Positions 37,910-47,220 of a stretch of DNA of 64,000 nucleotides are shown here, one piece after another. Below the pieces are notes generated by a model. It searched no databases and was not told the DNA's origin. It was given only the letters and a program-made list of their open reading frames with translations. Within the stretch, counting starts at the first letter, position 1, and every line of letters starts with the position of its first letter. The DNA is from Clostridia bacterium (GTDB taxonomy: Bacteria; Bacillota; Clostridia; Christensenellales; UBA1242). A program made the position numbers and the translations under genes. Location of the stretch: positions 94,741 through 158,740 of the forward strand of contig JAZSJH010000006.1 in NCBI GenBank assembly GCA_045534265.1, read 5' to 3'.

Positions 37910-39442
37910 ATGCTATCTATTGTAAATAGTTTTGGTCTTATAGGTCTTGATGGCAGTTGTGTCAAGGTAGAGGTTGATATCTCAAGGGGACTTCCGTCTT
38001 ATGATATTGTTGGACTTGCTGACACAGCAATCAAAGAGTCAAAGCAAAGAGTAAGATCTGCAATAAAAAATAGCGGACTTAACTTTCCTGTGGAGAAAGT
38101 AACTATCAACTTAGCTCCTGCGGATATGAAAAAAGAAGGTTCACTTTATGATCTTCCTATTGCGGTTGCGATATTGTCTGCGACAAACCAAATGCCTATT
38201 GACAAAACAAAAGAATATGCCTTTGTTGGAGAACTTTCTCTTGATGGTAGTTTGAGAGCGGTCAAAGGTGTGCTTCCTATACTAATCACAGCAAAAGATA
38301 AAGGGTATAAAAAACTTATTATTCCTAGCGGGAATAAAAAAGAAGCTAGGTTTATAGAAGGGATTGATGTTTTTGCTGTAGACAATCTAAAAGATGTTGT
38401 TGATTATTTTAATGATGATAAAAGTTTGAGCCCTGTCGAAGTTGTGTCTTATGTAGATGCAAAAAGTGAAAATATATATCCATTTGACTTTTCTATGGTT
38501 AAAGGTCAAGCCAGCGCAAAAAGAGCTATGGAAATAGCTGCAGCCGGCGGGCATAATGTCCTTATGATAGGACCACCTGGAAGTGGTAAGACGCTTATTG
38601 CAAAATGTTTTCCTAGCATACTTCCGGACATGACTTTTGCAGAATCTTTGGAAGTTACAAAAATTCATAGTGTTGCAGGGACTCTTGATAACGAAATTGG
38701 TCTTGTATTTAATAGACCTTTTAGAGCTCCGCATCATACGGCAACAACGGTCGCTCTAACTGGTGGCGGTCATAACGCAAAACCCGGAGAGATAAGTCTT
38801 GCTCATAATGGCGTTTTGTTTTTAGATGAGCTTCCTGAGTATACAAGATATACTATAGAGACGCTACGACAACCACTTGAAGATGGGGTTATAACTGTAG
38901 CTAGAAACACTCAAACAGTAGTATATCCGGCTAGCTTTACTATGATAGCAAGTATGAATCCTTGCCCTTGTGGAAACTATGGAAGCAAAGTTCAAGAGTG
39001 TAAATGCTCTCCAATGCAGATACACAAATATCTAAATAAAATTAGTGGTCCACTTATGGACAGAATTGATCTTCACGTAGAGGTTGATAGTTTAAGCTAT
39101 AAAGAACTAAATAGTAATATTATAGAAGAAACATCTGCAGATATAAAAAGAAGAGTGGACTTTGCTCGTAAAGTTCAACTAATTAGATATGATGGTAAGA
39201 AAATTTATAGCAATAGCAAGATGAATTCTGCTATGATTAAAAAATACTGCAAGCTATCACCAGATGGCGAAAAAATTTTGGAGCAGGCGTTTGATAAATT
39301 AAAATTAAGTGCTAGAGCTCATGACAGAATTTTGAAAGTGGCAAGAACTATTGCAGACCTTGATGGTAGTGATAGTATAGAAGTTTGTCATCTTTTGGAA
39401 GCTATAAGTTACAGATCTTTAGATAATAAATATTGGGTGTAA
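37910..39442 (+). CDS. comM: Mg-chelatase-like AAA+ protein YifB/ComM
   Basis: N-terminal Lon-protease-like domain, Walker A GPPGSGKT, Walker B LFLDEL, C-terminal ChlI-like region. Start moved to ATG 37910, behind GGAGG. The track extension is AT-rich intergenic sequence. Confidence 0.9.
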   Translation: MLSIVNSFGLIGLDGSCVKVEVDISRGLPSYDIVGLADTAIKESKQRVRSAIKNSGLNFPVEKVTINLAPADMKKEGSLYDLPIAVAILSATNQMPIDKTKEYAFVGELSLDGSLRAVKGVLPILITAKDKGYKKLIIPSGNKKEARFIEGIDVFAVDNLKDVVDYFNDDKSLSPVEVVSYVDAKSENIYPFDFSMVKGQASAKRAMEIAAAGGHNVLMIGPPGSGKTLIAKCFPSILPDMTFAESLEVTKIHSVAGTLDNEIGLVFNRPFRAPHHTATTVALTGGGHNAKPGEISLAHNGVLFLDELPEYTRYTIETLRQPLEDGVITVARNTQTVVYPASFTMIASMNPCPCGNYGSKVQECKCSPMQIHKYLNKISGPLMDRIDLHVEVDSLSYKELNSNIIEETSADIKRRVDFARKVQLIRYDGKKIYSNSKMNSAMIKKYCKLSPDGEKILEQAFDKLKLSARAHDRILKVARTIADLDGSDSIEVCHLLEAISYRSLDNKYWV

Positions 39443-39443
39443 T

Positions 39444-40526
39444 ATGTATTCAAAAAACGATAAAGTTTTGATGTGGCTTGATTTGTTTGACCATCTAAGC
39501 TACAAAAAGAAAGAAATGATAATAGATGAGTTCGGCAGCCCAGAAAAGTTATTTGATAATTTTTTAGGAAGTAGAGAACTTTTGTCTCAAATACTTACTA
39601 CAAGTATTTATGACAAAATGGCATATAGCCATAACGAAAAGTCACTTGATAGTCTGGCTGAAAATTTGGAGAGAAAAGGGGTAATAGCTGTTACTAAATA
39701 CTCTCAAGATTATCCAGAAAGTTTATTATATACAGACGCTCCGCCATTTGTTTTATATTGCAAAGGCGATATATCACTTCTTAAGTCTAAGTGTTTTGCG
39801 ATAGTCGGTACTCGCAAAATTACAAACTACGGAAGGTCTGTTACCGAAAAATTAACAAAAGGCCTTGTAGATAATGGCTTTACAATAGTTAGCGGGCTTT
39901 CTTGTGGTGTTGATACCGTAGCGCACAGAACAACTCTTGATAACAATGGCAAAACTATTGCGGTACTTGCCGGTGGTTTTGATTATATTTATCCAGATAT
40001 AAATACAAACCTTGCAGATTTGATAGCAAATAAAGGTTTACTTGTATCTGAGATTAAGCCATCAGAAAAAGCAAAAACTTATTACTTCCCAATTAGAAAT
40101 AGAATAATAGCAGCCTTAAGCTTGGGTACACTTATTACCGAAGCAGACGAAAAGTCAGGCGCTATGTATACAAAAAATTATGCCCTAGATTATGGCAAAG
40201 ATGTATTTGCTGTTCCGGGCAACATTACAAGCACGGTTAGCCGTGGTTGCAATCGCATAATCGCAAATGGTCAAGCAAAGGTTGTTTGCGAATTAGGTGA
40301 TATTTTAGATGAATATAATGTCAAATTTGTGCCAAAGCAAAAAACTTTTTCTGTAACAATAGATGAGCAAATAATACTTGATGCTATTGGTGATGAAGAA
40401 GTTTATTTTCAAGAAATACTAGATAGGACAAAATTTGATACAAAAACGCTTAATACATTGTTGACAACTATGTCACTAAATGGTTTAATAAAAAAACTAG
40501 CAGGAAATATGTATTCGGCAAATTAA
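39444..40526 (+). CDS. dprA: DNA processing protein DprA (Smf)
   Basis: Rossmann-like core with VGTRKIT.YG and SGLSCGVD motifs. Located between comM and topA. Confidence 0.9.
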   Translation: MYSKNDKVLMWLDLFDHLSYKKKEMIIDEFGSPEKLFDNFLGSRELLSQILTTSIYDKMAYSHNEKSLDSLAENLERKGVIAVTKYSQDYPESLLYTDAPPFVLYCKGDISLLKSKCFAIVGTRKITNYGRSVTEKLTKGLVDNGFTIVSGLSCGVDTVAHRTTLDNNGKTIAVLAGGFDYIYPDINTNLADLIANKGLLVSEIKPSEKAKTYYFPIRNRIIAALSLGTLITEADEKSGAMYTKNYALDYGKDVFAVPGNITSTVSRGCNRIIANGQAKVVCELGDILDEYNVKFVPKQKTFSVTIDEQIILDAIGDEEVYFQEILDRTKFDTKTLNTLLTTMSLNGLIKKLAGNMYSAN

Positions 40527-40535
40527 GGAGATATT

Positions 40536-42824
40536 ATGAAATTAGTTATAATCGAAGGTCCTGGTAAAAGAGACACCTTAAAGAAATATTTAGGAAACGA
40601 ATATGATGTATTTGCGACCAAAGGTCACGTAAGGGATTTGCCAGCAAAATCTATCGCAATAGACATAAATCATAATTTTGAACCAAAATATGAAATTATG
40701 CCAGACAAAAGAGATGTTATAAAAACACTTCTTGAAAAGGCTAGCAAAGCAGAACAAGTTATTATTGCTACCGACCCTGATAGAGAGGGAGAAGCGATTG
40801 CTTGGCATTTGCAACATATATTGAAAATTGATGAAAAAAATCCTTGCAGAGTTGTGTTTAATGAAATTTCAAAAAATGTCGTTAACAAAGCAATTACAGC
40901 TCCAAGAACTATTGATATGAATTTAGTTCACGCTCAACAAGGCAGAAGAGTTCTTGATAGACTAGTGGGTTATCAAGTATCTCCAATCCTTTGCAAAAAG
41001 ATAAAAAGTAATTTGAGTGCAGGTCGTGTTCAATCAGTTGCTCTAAAACTTGTTGTAGAAAGAGAAAAGGAAATTAGAGCCTTTAAGCCAAAAGAGTATT
41101 GGAATATCAATGCAATCTTGACCAAAGGAAACAGCAATAAATTCAAAGCCAGCCTTACTACATACAAAGGCAAAAAGTATGAAAGCGACAGCGAAAGAAC
41201 AACGCTTGATATTATCGATTATATCAAAGCTCAAGACTTTGTTGTTGATAGCGTAAAAAAGGCGATTTCTAAGTCTTCTGCTCCAGCACCTTTTATTACA
41301 AGTACAATGCAACAAGATGCAATGAACAAACTTAGTATGAGCTTAAAAGAAGTTACTATGACAGCTCAAACTCTTTATGAAGGTGTAAACTTCAAAGAAG
41401 GCGGCAAAACAGCTCTTATTACTTATATAAGAACAGACTCAACTAGAGTTTCACCCGAAGCTCAAGCAATGGCGAAAGAGTATATTATAAACAAATATGG
41501 TAAAGAATATGCCCCAAGCACTTATAACGTATTCAAAACTAAAAAGAATGCACAAGATGCCCACGAAGCAATAAGACCAATTTCGCTTGATAAAACCCCA
41601 GAAGAAGTAAAAGCCAACTTTGGTGGCTCTTCTAATGTGTACAAGCTATATAAGTTAATTTATGATAGATTTGTAGCAAGCCAAATGTCAGAGGCTACTT
41701 ATAACACATTAACTGTTAACATTTTAGCCGGAGATTATGGCTTTAAGGTTACAGGAAAAACGCCATTGTTTGCAGGCTTTACAGCAGCATATAAAATGTA
41801 TGAAGAAAAAGATGATGACAAGGCTGATGAATCAAAAGATGGTATTAATTTGCCAGCACTTGAAAATGGTGACAGATTAACTCTTCAAGATGTCTTGAAA
41901 GAACAAAAATTTACAAAACCACCTGTAAGATATACAGACGCAACACTAGTTAAAGCTATGGAAGATAAAGGTATTGGTAGACCGGCTACATACGCTCCAA
42001 CTATCTTGGTACTAGCTAATAGAAACTATACCGAAAAAGAAGGTAAGTATCTTGTTCCTACAGAACTTGGCGTTACTGTAGTTGAATTTTTGGAAAAATA
42101 TTTTACAGATATTATGGATATATCATTTACAGCGGGTATGGAAGAAAAACTAGACCTTGTCGAAGAAGGCAGTGAAAATTGGCAAAAGATAGTTGCTGAT
42201 TTTTATGAAGGATTTGAAGATAAAGTACACTTTGCATTAACAGGGAGTAAAAAAGTAAAAATGTCAGTAGAAGTAACAGATGTAATTTGTGATAAATGCG
42301 GATCTAATATGATAGTTAGGGAAGGAAAATTTGGAAAATTCCTTGCTTGTCCTAACTTCCCAAAATGCCGCAATGTAAAACAACTAAACGAACAAAACAC
42401 AGAAAAGCAAGAAACAGAAGAAGATAAAAAACTAAAAGAAATGGACCTTAAGTGTGACAAATGCGGATCTGCTATGGTTTTGAGAAATGGTAGATATGGC
42501 AAGTTCTTTGCTTGTTCTAATTATCCTACTTGCAAAAATATCAAAGGCATTGATGACGTTCTTCCTAAAGAGCCTGTTGGTGTTTGTCCAGACTGCGGAA
42601 AACCTGTTTTTGAAAGACGTGGCGGTAAAGGCAAAATCTTCTATGGCTGTAGCGGATACCCAGATTGTAAGTTTATGAGCTGGGATATTCCTATGAAAGA
42701 AAAATGCCCAAAATGTGGCAAGTACTTAACAAAGAAAGAACTAAAGAAAGAAATAAAAATCAAATGTAGCAATAGTGATTGTGATTATACGGCATCTATT
42801 GCAAGGGAAGAAAATGGTAAATAA
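40536..42824 (+). CDS. topA: DNA topoisomerase I
   Basis: TOPRIM (IIEGPGK...ATDPDREGEAIAWH), catalytic region TYIRTDS, four C-terminal C4 zinc ribbons. Confidence 0.97.
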   Translation: MKLVIIEGPGKRDTLKKYLGNEYDVFATKGHVRDLPAKSIAIDINHNFEPKYEIMPDKRDVIKTLLEKASKAEQVIIATDPDREGEAIAWHLQHILKIDEKNPCRVVFNEISKNVVNKAITAPRTIDMNLVHAQQGRRVLDRLVGYQVSPILCKKIKSNLSAGRVQSVALKLVVEREKEIRAFKPKEYWNINAILTKGNSNKFKASLTTYKGKKYESDSERTTLDIIDYIKAQDFVVDSVKKAISKSSAPAPFITSTMQQDAMNKLSMSLKEVTMTAQTLYEGVNFKEGGKTALITYIRTDSTRVSPEAQAMAKEYIINKYGKEYAPSTYNVFKTKKNAQDAHEAIRPISLDKTPEEVKANFGGSSNVYKLYKLIYDRFVASQMSEATYNTLTVNILAGDYGFKVTGKTPLFAGFTAAYKMYEEKDDDKADESKDGINLPALENGDRLTLQDVLKEQKFTKPPVRYTDATLVKAMEDKGIGRPATYAPTILVLANRNYTEKEGKYLVPTELGVTVVEFLEKYFTDIMDISFTAGMEEKLDLVEEGSENWQKIVADFYEGFEDKVHFALTGSKKVKMSVEVTDVICDKCGSNMIVREGKFGKFLACPNFPKCRNVKQLNEQNTEKQETEEDKKLKEMDLKCDKCGSAMVLRNGRYGKFFACSNYPTCKNIKGIDDVLPKEPVGVCPDCGKPVFERRGGKGKIFYGCSGYPDCKFMSWDIPMKEKCPKCGKYLTKKELKKEIKIKCSNSDCDYTASIAREENGK

Positions 42825-44127
42825 TGTTACAATTATAGGTGCAGGTCTTGCGGGAAGCGAGGCTGCCTATCAACTTGCAAAAAGGGGCGTTAAGGTCAAA
42901 CTTTATGAGATGAAACCTATTAAGTTTAGCCCAGCTCACAAAAATACAAATTTTGCAGAGCTTGTTTGTAGCAACAGCCTTAAGTCAAAAGAACTAACTA
43001 CAAGTTCTGGGCTTTTGAAAAAAGAAATGGAAATGCTAGATAGCTTGATTATAAAATCAGCTTACGAAACAGCAGTTTCTGCTGGTGGAGCATTGGCTGT
43101 TGATAGAGAAAAGTTTGCAGAAAAAATAACAAGCGTTTTGAAGTCTTTTGACAATATTGAGATTATCCACGAAGAAGTTTCAAAAATACCTGAAAGCGAA
43201 ATTGTAATAGTAGCAACAGGTCCACTTAGCAGTGATGCTATTGTTAAAGATTTGCAAAGCAAAATAAATAGCGAATATCTTTACTTTTTTGATGCGTCAA
43301 GCCCAATAGTTACTGCCGAAAGTATAGATATGAATATAGCTTTTGTTGGGGATAGATATGGCAAAGGCAATGGCGATTATATCAACTGCCCAATGAACAA
43401 ACAAGAATATCTAAACTTTTATAATGAACTTATAAAAGCTGAATCTGTCAAACTTCACGAGTTTGAAAATAAAAAAGTCTTTGAAGGTTGTATGCCGGTT
43501 GAAGTTATGGCAAAACGTGGCGAAGATAGTATTCGTTTTGGTCCGCTAAAGCCTGTAGGACTTGCAAACCCACACAAAGACGAAAAACCATACGCCGTTG
43601 TTCAACTTCGTAAAGAAGACAACGAAAACAGGTTGTATAACTTGGTAGGATTCCAAACAAATCTTACATTCCCTGAACAAAAAAGAGTATTTAGTATGAT
43701 ACCTGGTCTTGAAAAAGCAGATTTTGTAAGATACGGTATTATGCATAGAAATTCATATGTAAATGCTCCTACTGTGCTAACAAATACCTTTGCATTAAAG
43801 GCTAATAAAAATATCTTTATTGCAGGGCAACTTAGTGGTGTAGAAGGGTATCTTGAGAGTACTGCAAGCGGACTTGTAGCAGCTCTTAATGTATATCAAA
43901 TGCTTAATAATAAAAAACCATTTATTTTATCGCCAAAAACAATGATTGGTGCTATAATAAATTATATAATAAATGCAAGCCCATCAGGTTTTCAACCTAT
44001 GAACTCAAACTATGGCATAATAGAGCCTTTAGATATAAGAGTCAAAGATGACAAACTAAAAAAGCAAATGTATGCTGATAGGGCTATCGAAGAACTTGAA
44101 AGAGTAATAAAAGAAACAGAGGTTTAA
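42814..44127 (+). CDS. trmFO: Methylenetetrahydrofolate--tRNA-(uracil54-C5)-methyltransferase TrmFO (Gid)
   Basis: FAD-binding IIGAGLAGSEAA, LVCSNSLKS, GQLSGVEGY motifs. Start ATG 42814 overlaps the topA end by 11 nt. Confidence 0.95.
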   Translation: MVNNVTIIGAGLAGSEAAYQLAKRGVKVKLYEMKPIKFSPAHKNTNFAELVCSNSLKSKELTTSSGLLKKEMEMLDSLIIKSAYETAVSAGGALAVDREKFAEKITSVLKSFDNIEIIHEEVSKIPESEIVIVATGPLSSDAIVKDLQSKINSEYLYFFDASSPIVTAESIDMNIAFVGDRYGKGNGDYINCPMNKQEYLNFYNELIKAESVKLHEFENKKVFEGCMPVEVMAKRGEDSIRFGPLKPVGLANPHKDEKPYAVVQLRKEDNENRLYNLVGFQTNLTFPEQKRVFSMIPGLEKADFVRYGIMHRNSYVNAPTVLTNTFALKANKNIFIAGQLSGVEGYLESTASGLVAALNVYQMLNNKKPFILSPKTMIGAIINYIINASPSGFQPMNSNYGIIEPLDIRVKDDKLKKQMYADRAIEELERVIKETEV

Positions 44128-44128
44128 T

Positions 44129-45454
44129 ATGAACTTATCACCAAAACAAATTGTTACAGAACTAGACAAATATATCATTGGTCAAGACAAAGCAAAAAAA
44201 GCAGTTGCAATAGCTTTGCGTAATAGATACAGAAGAAGCAAGCTAACTCCAGAACTTAGAGAAGAAATAACACCAAAAAACATTATTCTAAAAGGTTCAA
44301 CCGGTGTTGGTAAAACGGAGATAGCAAGAAGACTAGCTCGTCTTGTCAAAGCACCTTTTATCAAAGTCGAAGCTACAAAGTTTACTGAAGTAGGTTATGT
44401 AGGTAGAGATGTCGAAAGTATGATAAGAGACCTTGTAGAAACATCTGTTCATTTGGTTAAAGAAGAAAAACTAAGTGAAGTGTCTGCAAAGGCAACTCCT
44501 ATTGTTAATAACAAACTACTTGACATTATATTCCCTATCAAAAAAGCCGCTGCTGATGTAATCACCAATGAAGAAGAGTTCAAACATACTGTCCTTGAGA
44601 GATTAATTAGGGGCGACTATGACGAAGAACTTATTGAATTAGACGTAAAACAAGGTCCAAAACAACTAAATATTATGCCAGGTAGTGGTATGGAGCTTGA
44701 TATAGGTAATATCTTTGGTGATGCTTTCGGCGGTGGTAGACGCAAGAAAAGAAAGATGACTGTTAAAAAAGCCAGAGAATATTTGATGGCTGAAGAAAGT
44801 GATAAACTTATCGACCTTGATAGTGTAAATAGCGAAGCAATATCAAGAGCCGAGCAAGAAGGCATTATCTTTATTGACGAAATAGACAAAGTAGCAGGTA
44901 AAGGTAATCGTGGTGGTCCGGACGTTAGTAGAGAGGGTGTACAAAGAGATATTCTTCCAATAGTTGAAGGTTGTACAGTTTCTACAAAATACGGAACAAT
45001 TAGAACTGACTTTATATTGTTTATCGCAGCGGGAGCTTTCCACGTAAGCAAGATGGACGACCTTATTCCTGAGTTTCAAGGTAGATTCCCAATTAGGGTA
45101 GAACTTGATAATTTGACAGCAAAAGAATTTTTGAAGATATTGACAGAACCACAAAATGCTGTTACATTACAATATCAAGAACTTTTGAAAGTTGACAATA
45201 TCAACCTTATTTTGAAAGAAGATGCTTTGAAAGAAATTGCAGAATACGCAGAAAAAGCAAACAACAATAACGAAAACTTGGGCGCTAGAAGACTTCATAC
45301 TATAATGGAAGCTCTTTTGGAAGACATTAGCTTTAATGCAAGTGGCGACCACCCTATGATTGATGTTGTTGTAGATAAAGAATATGTCAAGAAGATACTT
45401 GGCAACGTTGTCAAATCAACCAAGAAGAGTATGGGATTTGGTGGCGAAGAATAA
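44129..45454 (+). CDS. hslU: HslU (ClpY) AAA+ unfoldase, with non-canonical C-terminal tail and no adjacent hslV
   Basis: LDKYIIGQDKAKKAVAIALRNRYRR, Walker A GSTGVGKTEIARRLA, pore loop GYVG, Walker B IIFIDEIDK, sensor/SRH regions. Ends ...LGNVVKSTKKSMGFGGEE. Confidence 0.9.
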   Translation: MNLSPKQIVTELDKYIIGQDKAKKAVAIALRNRYRRSKLTPELREEITPKNIILKGSTGVGKTEIARRLARLVKAPFIKVEATKFTEVGYVGRDVESMIRDLVETSVHLVKEEKLSEVSAKATPIVNNKLLDIIFPIKKAAADVITNEEEFKHTVLERLIRGDYDEELIELDVKQGPKQLNIMPGSGMELDIGNIFGDAFGGGRRKKRKMTVKKAREYLMAEESDKLIDLDSVNSEAISRAEQEGIIFIDEIDKVAGKGNRGGPDVSREGVQRDILPIVEGCTVSTKYGTIRTDFILFIAAGAFHVSKMDDLIPEFQGRFPIRVELDNLTAKEFLKILTEPQNAVTLQYQELLKVDNINLILKEDALKEIAEYAEKANNNNENLGARRLHTIMEALLEDISFNASGDHPMIDVVVDKEYVKKILGNVVKSTKKSMGFGGEE

Positions 45455-45469
45455 TAACGGAGAAAAATT

Positions 45470-46723
45470 ATGATAGAGATTCCAAAGGGTACAAAAGACC
45501 TTCTTCCACAAAATGCATATAAGTGGCACTTTGTCGAAGAAAAAATTAGAAAGATTACAAAAAGATACAATGCAAAAGAAATAAGAACCCCTGTATTTGA
45601 ACATACAGAACTTTTTCTTCGCGGAATAGGCAATAGTACTGATATCGTAAACAAAGAAATGTACACTTTCCTTGACAAAGGCGATAGAAGTATCACTCTT
45701 AAGCCAGAAGGAACAGCTGGTGTTGCAAGAAGTTATATCGAAAATGGTCTATTTAACAATGCTCAACCAACAAAAATGTACTACATTAGCCCAATTTTTA
45801 GATACGAAAACCCACAAGCGGGAAGACTAAGACAACACCACCAATTTGGTGTAGAGTACTATGGCAGTGACAGCCCAAAATGCGAATTAGAAGTAATTTC
45901 TCTAGCTACTGACTTTTTGAAAGAAATTGGTCTTGATGATATTGTTGTACATATTAACTCTATAGGTTGTAGTGAATGTAGAAAAAAATACAATGAAGCA
46001 TTAAAAGCTTATATTGAGCCAAGGCTAAAAGATATGTGTGGAGACTGCAACAGAAGATTTGGCACAAATCCTTTGAGAATACTTGACTGTAAAGTAGAGC
46101 ATTGTCAAGAGCTTCTTGCGGATAGACCAATGCTAAAAGATTATCTTTGTGATGATTGTAAAGAGCATTTTGCAAAGCTTCTAAAGCTTCTTGATGATGC
46201 AAAAATCAATTATGTAGTTGATTACAACGTTGTAAGAGGCTTGGACTATTATACCCGTACTGTATTTGAATTTTTTGCAAATATCGAAGGTATGGGCTCT
46301 GTTGGTGTTGTAGGTGGCGGTGGCAGATACAACTACCTTGTTGAAGAACTATCTGGTCCGCACACTCCAGCTGTCGGTTTTGGTATGGGAATTGAAAGAC
46401 TTCTTATGGTTATTGAACAAACCGGAAGAGAAATCGCCAACGATAACAAAGTTGAAGTTTATATTGCAAAGCAACCTGGGCTTGACACAAACAAAGATGT
46501 AGAGATTGCTAAGATGCTTCGTGATAATGATATTACTTGCGAAACAGACCTTTTGGATAGAAGTTTCAAAGCTCAATTTAAGTACGCAAACAAAATCTCT
46601 GCAAAATATGTTTTTGTTTTGGGTGGAGACGAACTTGACAATAATATAATGACCGTAAAAAATATGGAAAGTGGAGAAGAAACAAAAGTTCCTTTTGATG
46701 ATCTTCTTAAACTATTTAGATAA
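45470..46723 (+). CDS. hisS: Histidine--tRNA ligase
   Basis: Class II motifs (FRYENPQAGRLRQHHQ, GGGRYN) and a C-terminal anticodon-binding domain. Confidence 0.97.
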   Translation: MIEIPKGTKDLLPQNAYKWHFVEEKIRKITKRYNAKEIRTPVFEHTELFLRGIGNSTDIVNKEMYTFLDKGDRSITLKPEGTAGVARSYIENGLFNNAQPTKMYYISPIFRYENPQAGRLRQHHQFGVEYYGSDSPKCELEVISLATDFLKEIGLDDIVVHINSIGCSECRKKYNEALKAYIEPRLKDMCGDCNRRFGTNPLRILDCKVEHCQELLADRPMLKDYLCDDCKEHFAKLLKLLDDAKINYVVDYNVVRGLDYYTRTVFEFFANIEGMGSVGVVGGGGRYNYLVEELSGPHTPAVGFGMGIERLLMVIEQTGREIANDNKVEVYIAKQPGLDTNKDVEIAKMLRDNDITCETDLLDRSFKAQFKYANKISAKYVFVLGGDELDNNIMTVKNMESGEETKVPFDDLLKLFR

Positions 46724-46738
46724 AGGGGGAATGTATAT

Positions 46739-47059
46739 ATGGCAAACATAGTAATAGCTAACGAAAAAGACTTTGACGAAATAGTAAAATCTGTAGAAAC
46801 TGTTCTTGTTGATTTTTATGCTACTTGGTGCCCACCTTGCAAGATGCTTGCACCTGTCCTTGAGAAAGTGGCAAAGAAATTAGACGAAAAATACCTAATT
46901 GTTAAGGTTAATGTTGATGAATGTGAAAAATTAGCTAAAAAATTTGGTATTATGAGTGTTCCTACAATGGCGTTTTTGTATAATGGCGAAGAAAGAAAAA
47001 GACTTGTAGGCTATAGACAAGAAAAAGAAATTGTAGATACAATCACAAATTTAGATTAG
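46739..47059 (+). CDS. trxA: Thioredoxin (active site WCPPC)
   Basis: Thioredoxin fold length (106 aa), VDFYATWCPPCKMLAP and VPT cis-Pro motif. Confidence 0.9.
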   Translation: MANIVIANEKDFDEIVKSVETVLVDFYATWCPPCKMLAPVLEKVAKKLDEKYLIVKVNVDECEKLAKKFGIMSVPTMAFLYNGEERKRLVGYRQEKEIVDTITNLD

Positions 47060-47065
47060 ACAATT

Positions 47066-47092
47066 ACACCGCTTTTTGCGGTGTTTTTTTTT
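47066..47092 (+). terminator. Intrinsic terminator after trxA
   Basis: Stem ACACCGC/GCGGTGT, loop T5, then T8. Confidence 0.85.
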
Positions 47093-47137
47093 GTTGTTTT
47101 ATATTTACTTTGCAAGTATATATTATAAAATATGGGA

Positions 47138-47166
47138 TTGACACCAAAATTTTGGTGTGATAAACT
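47138..47166 (+). promoter_or_regulatory. Putative nifS-nifU promoter
   Basis: TTGACA, 17 nt, TAAACT. The spacer is occupied by a perfect palindrome. Confidence 0.5.
47141..47158. promoter_or_regulatory. Perfect 18-bp palindrome ACACCAAAATTTTGGTGT (candidate operator)
   Basis: Read directly from the sequence. It overlaps the -35 hexamer and fills the spacer of the nifSU promoter. Confidence 0.45.
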
Positions 47167-47220
47167 ATTTACATAGTAAAATGTCATAATGTGGTTTGTT
47201 ATGACAATATGGGAGCGAAT

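Noticed and set aside
44617-45051. 144-aa and 103-aa minus-strand ORFs inside hslU
   Set aside because: Antisense to the conserved AAA+ core. The products are Ser/Leu/Pro-rich with no start context. I considered whether one might encode a hidden HslV, but there is no N-terminal Thr protease pattern.
45295-45696. 133-aa minus-strand ORF spanning the hslU/hisS junction
   Set aside because: It overlaps two strongly supported plus-strand genes and has no RBS or motif, so it is a shadow frame.
46826-46843. Thioredoxin active site WCPPCK instead of the canonical WCGPCK
   Set aside because: This is a real substitution, but variation at the CxxC dipeptide is common across the thioredoxin superfamily. 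Without redox data it is not distinctive enough to flag.
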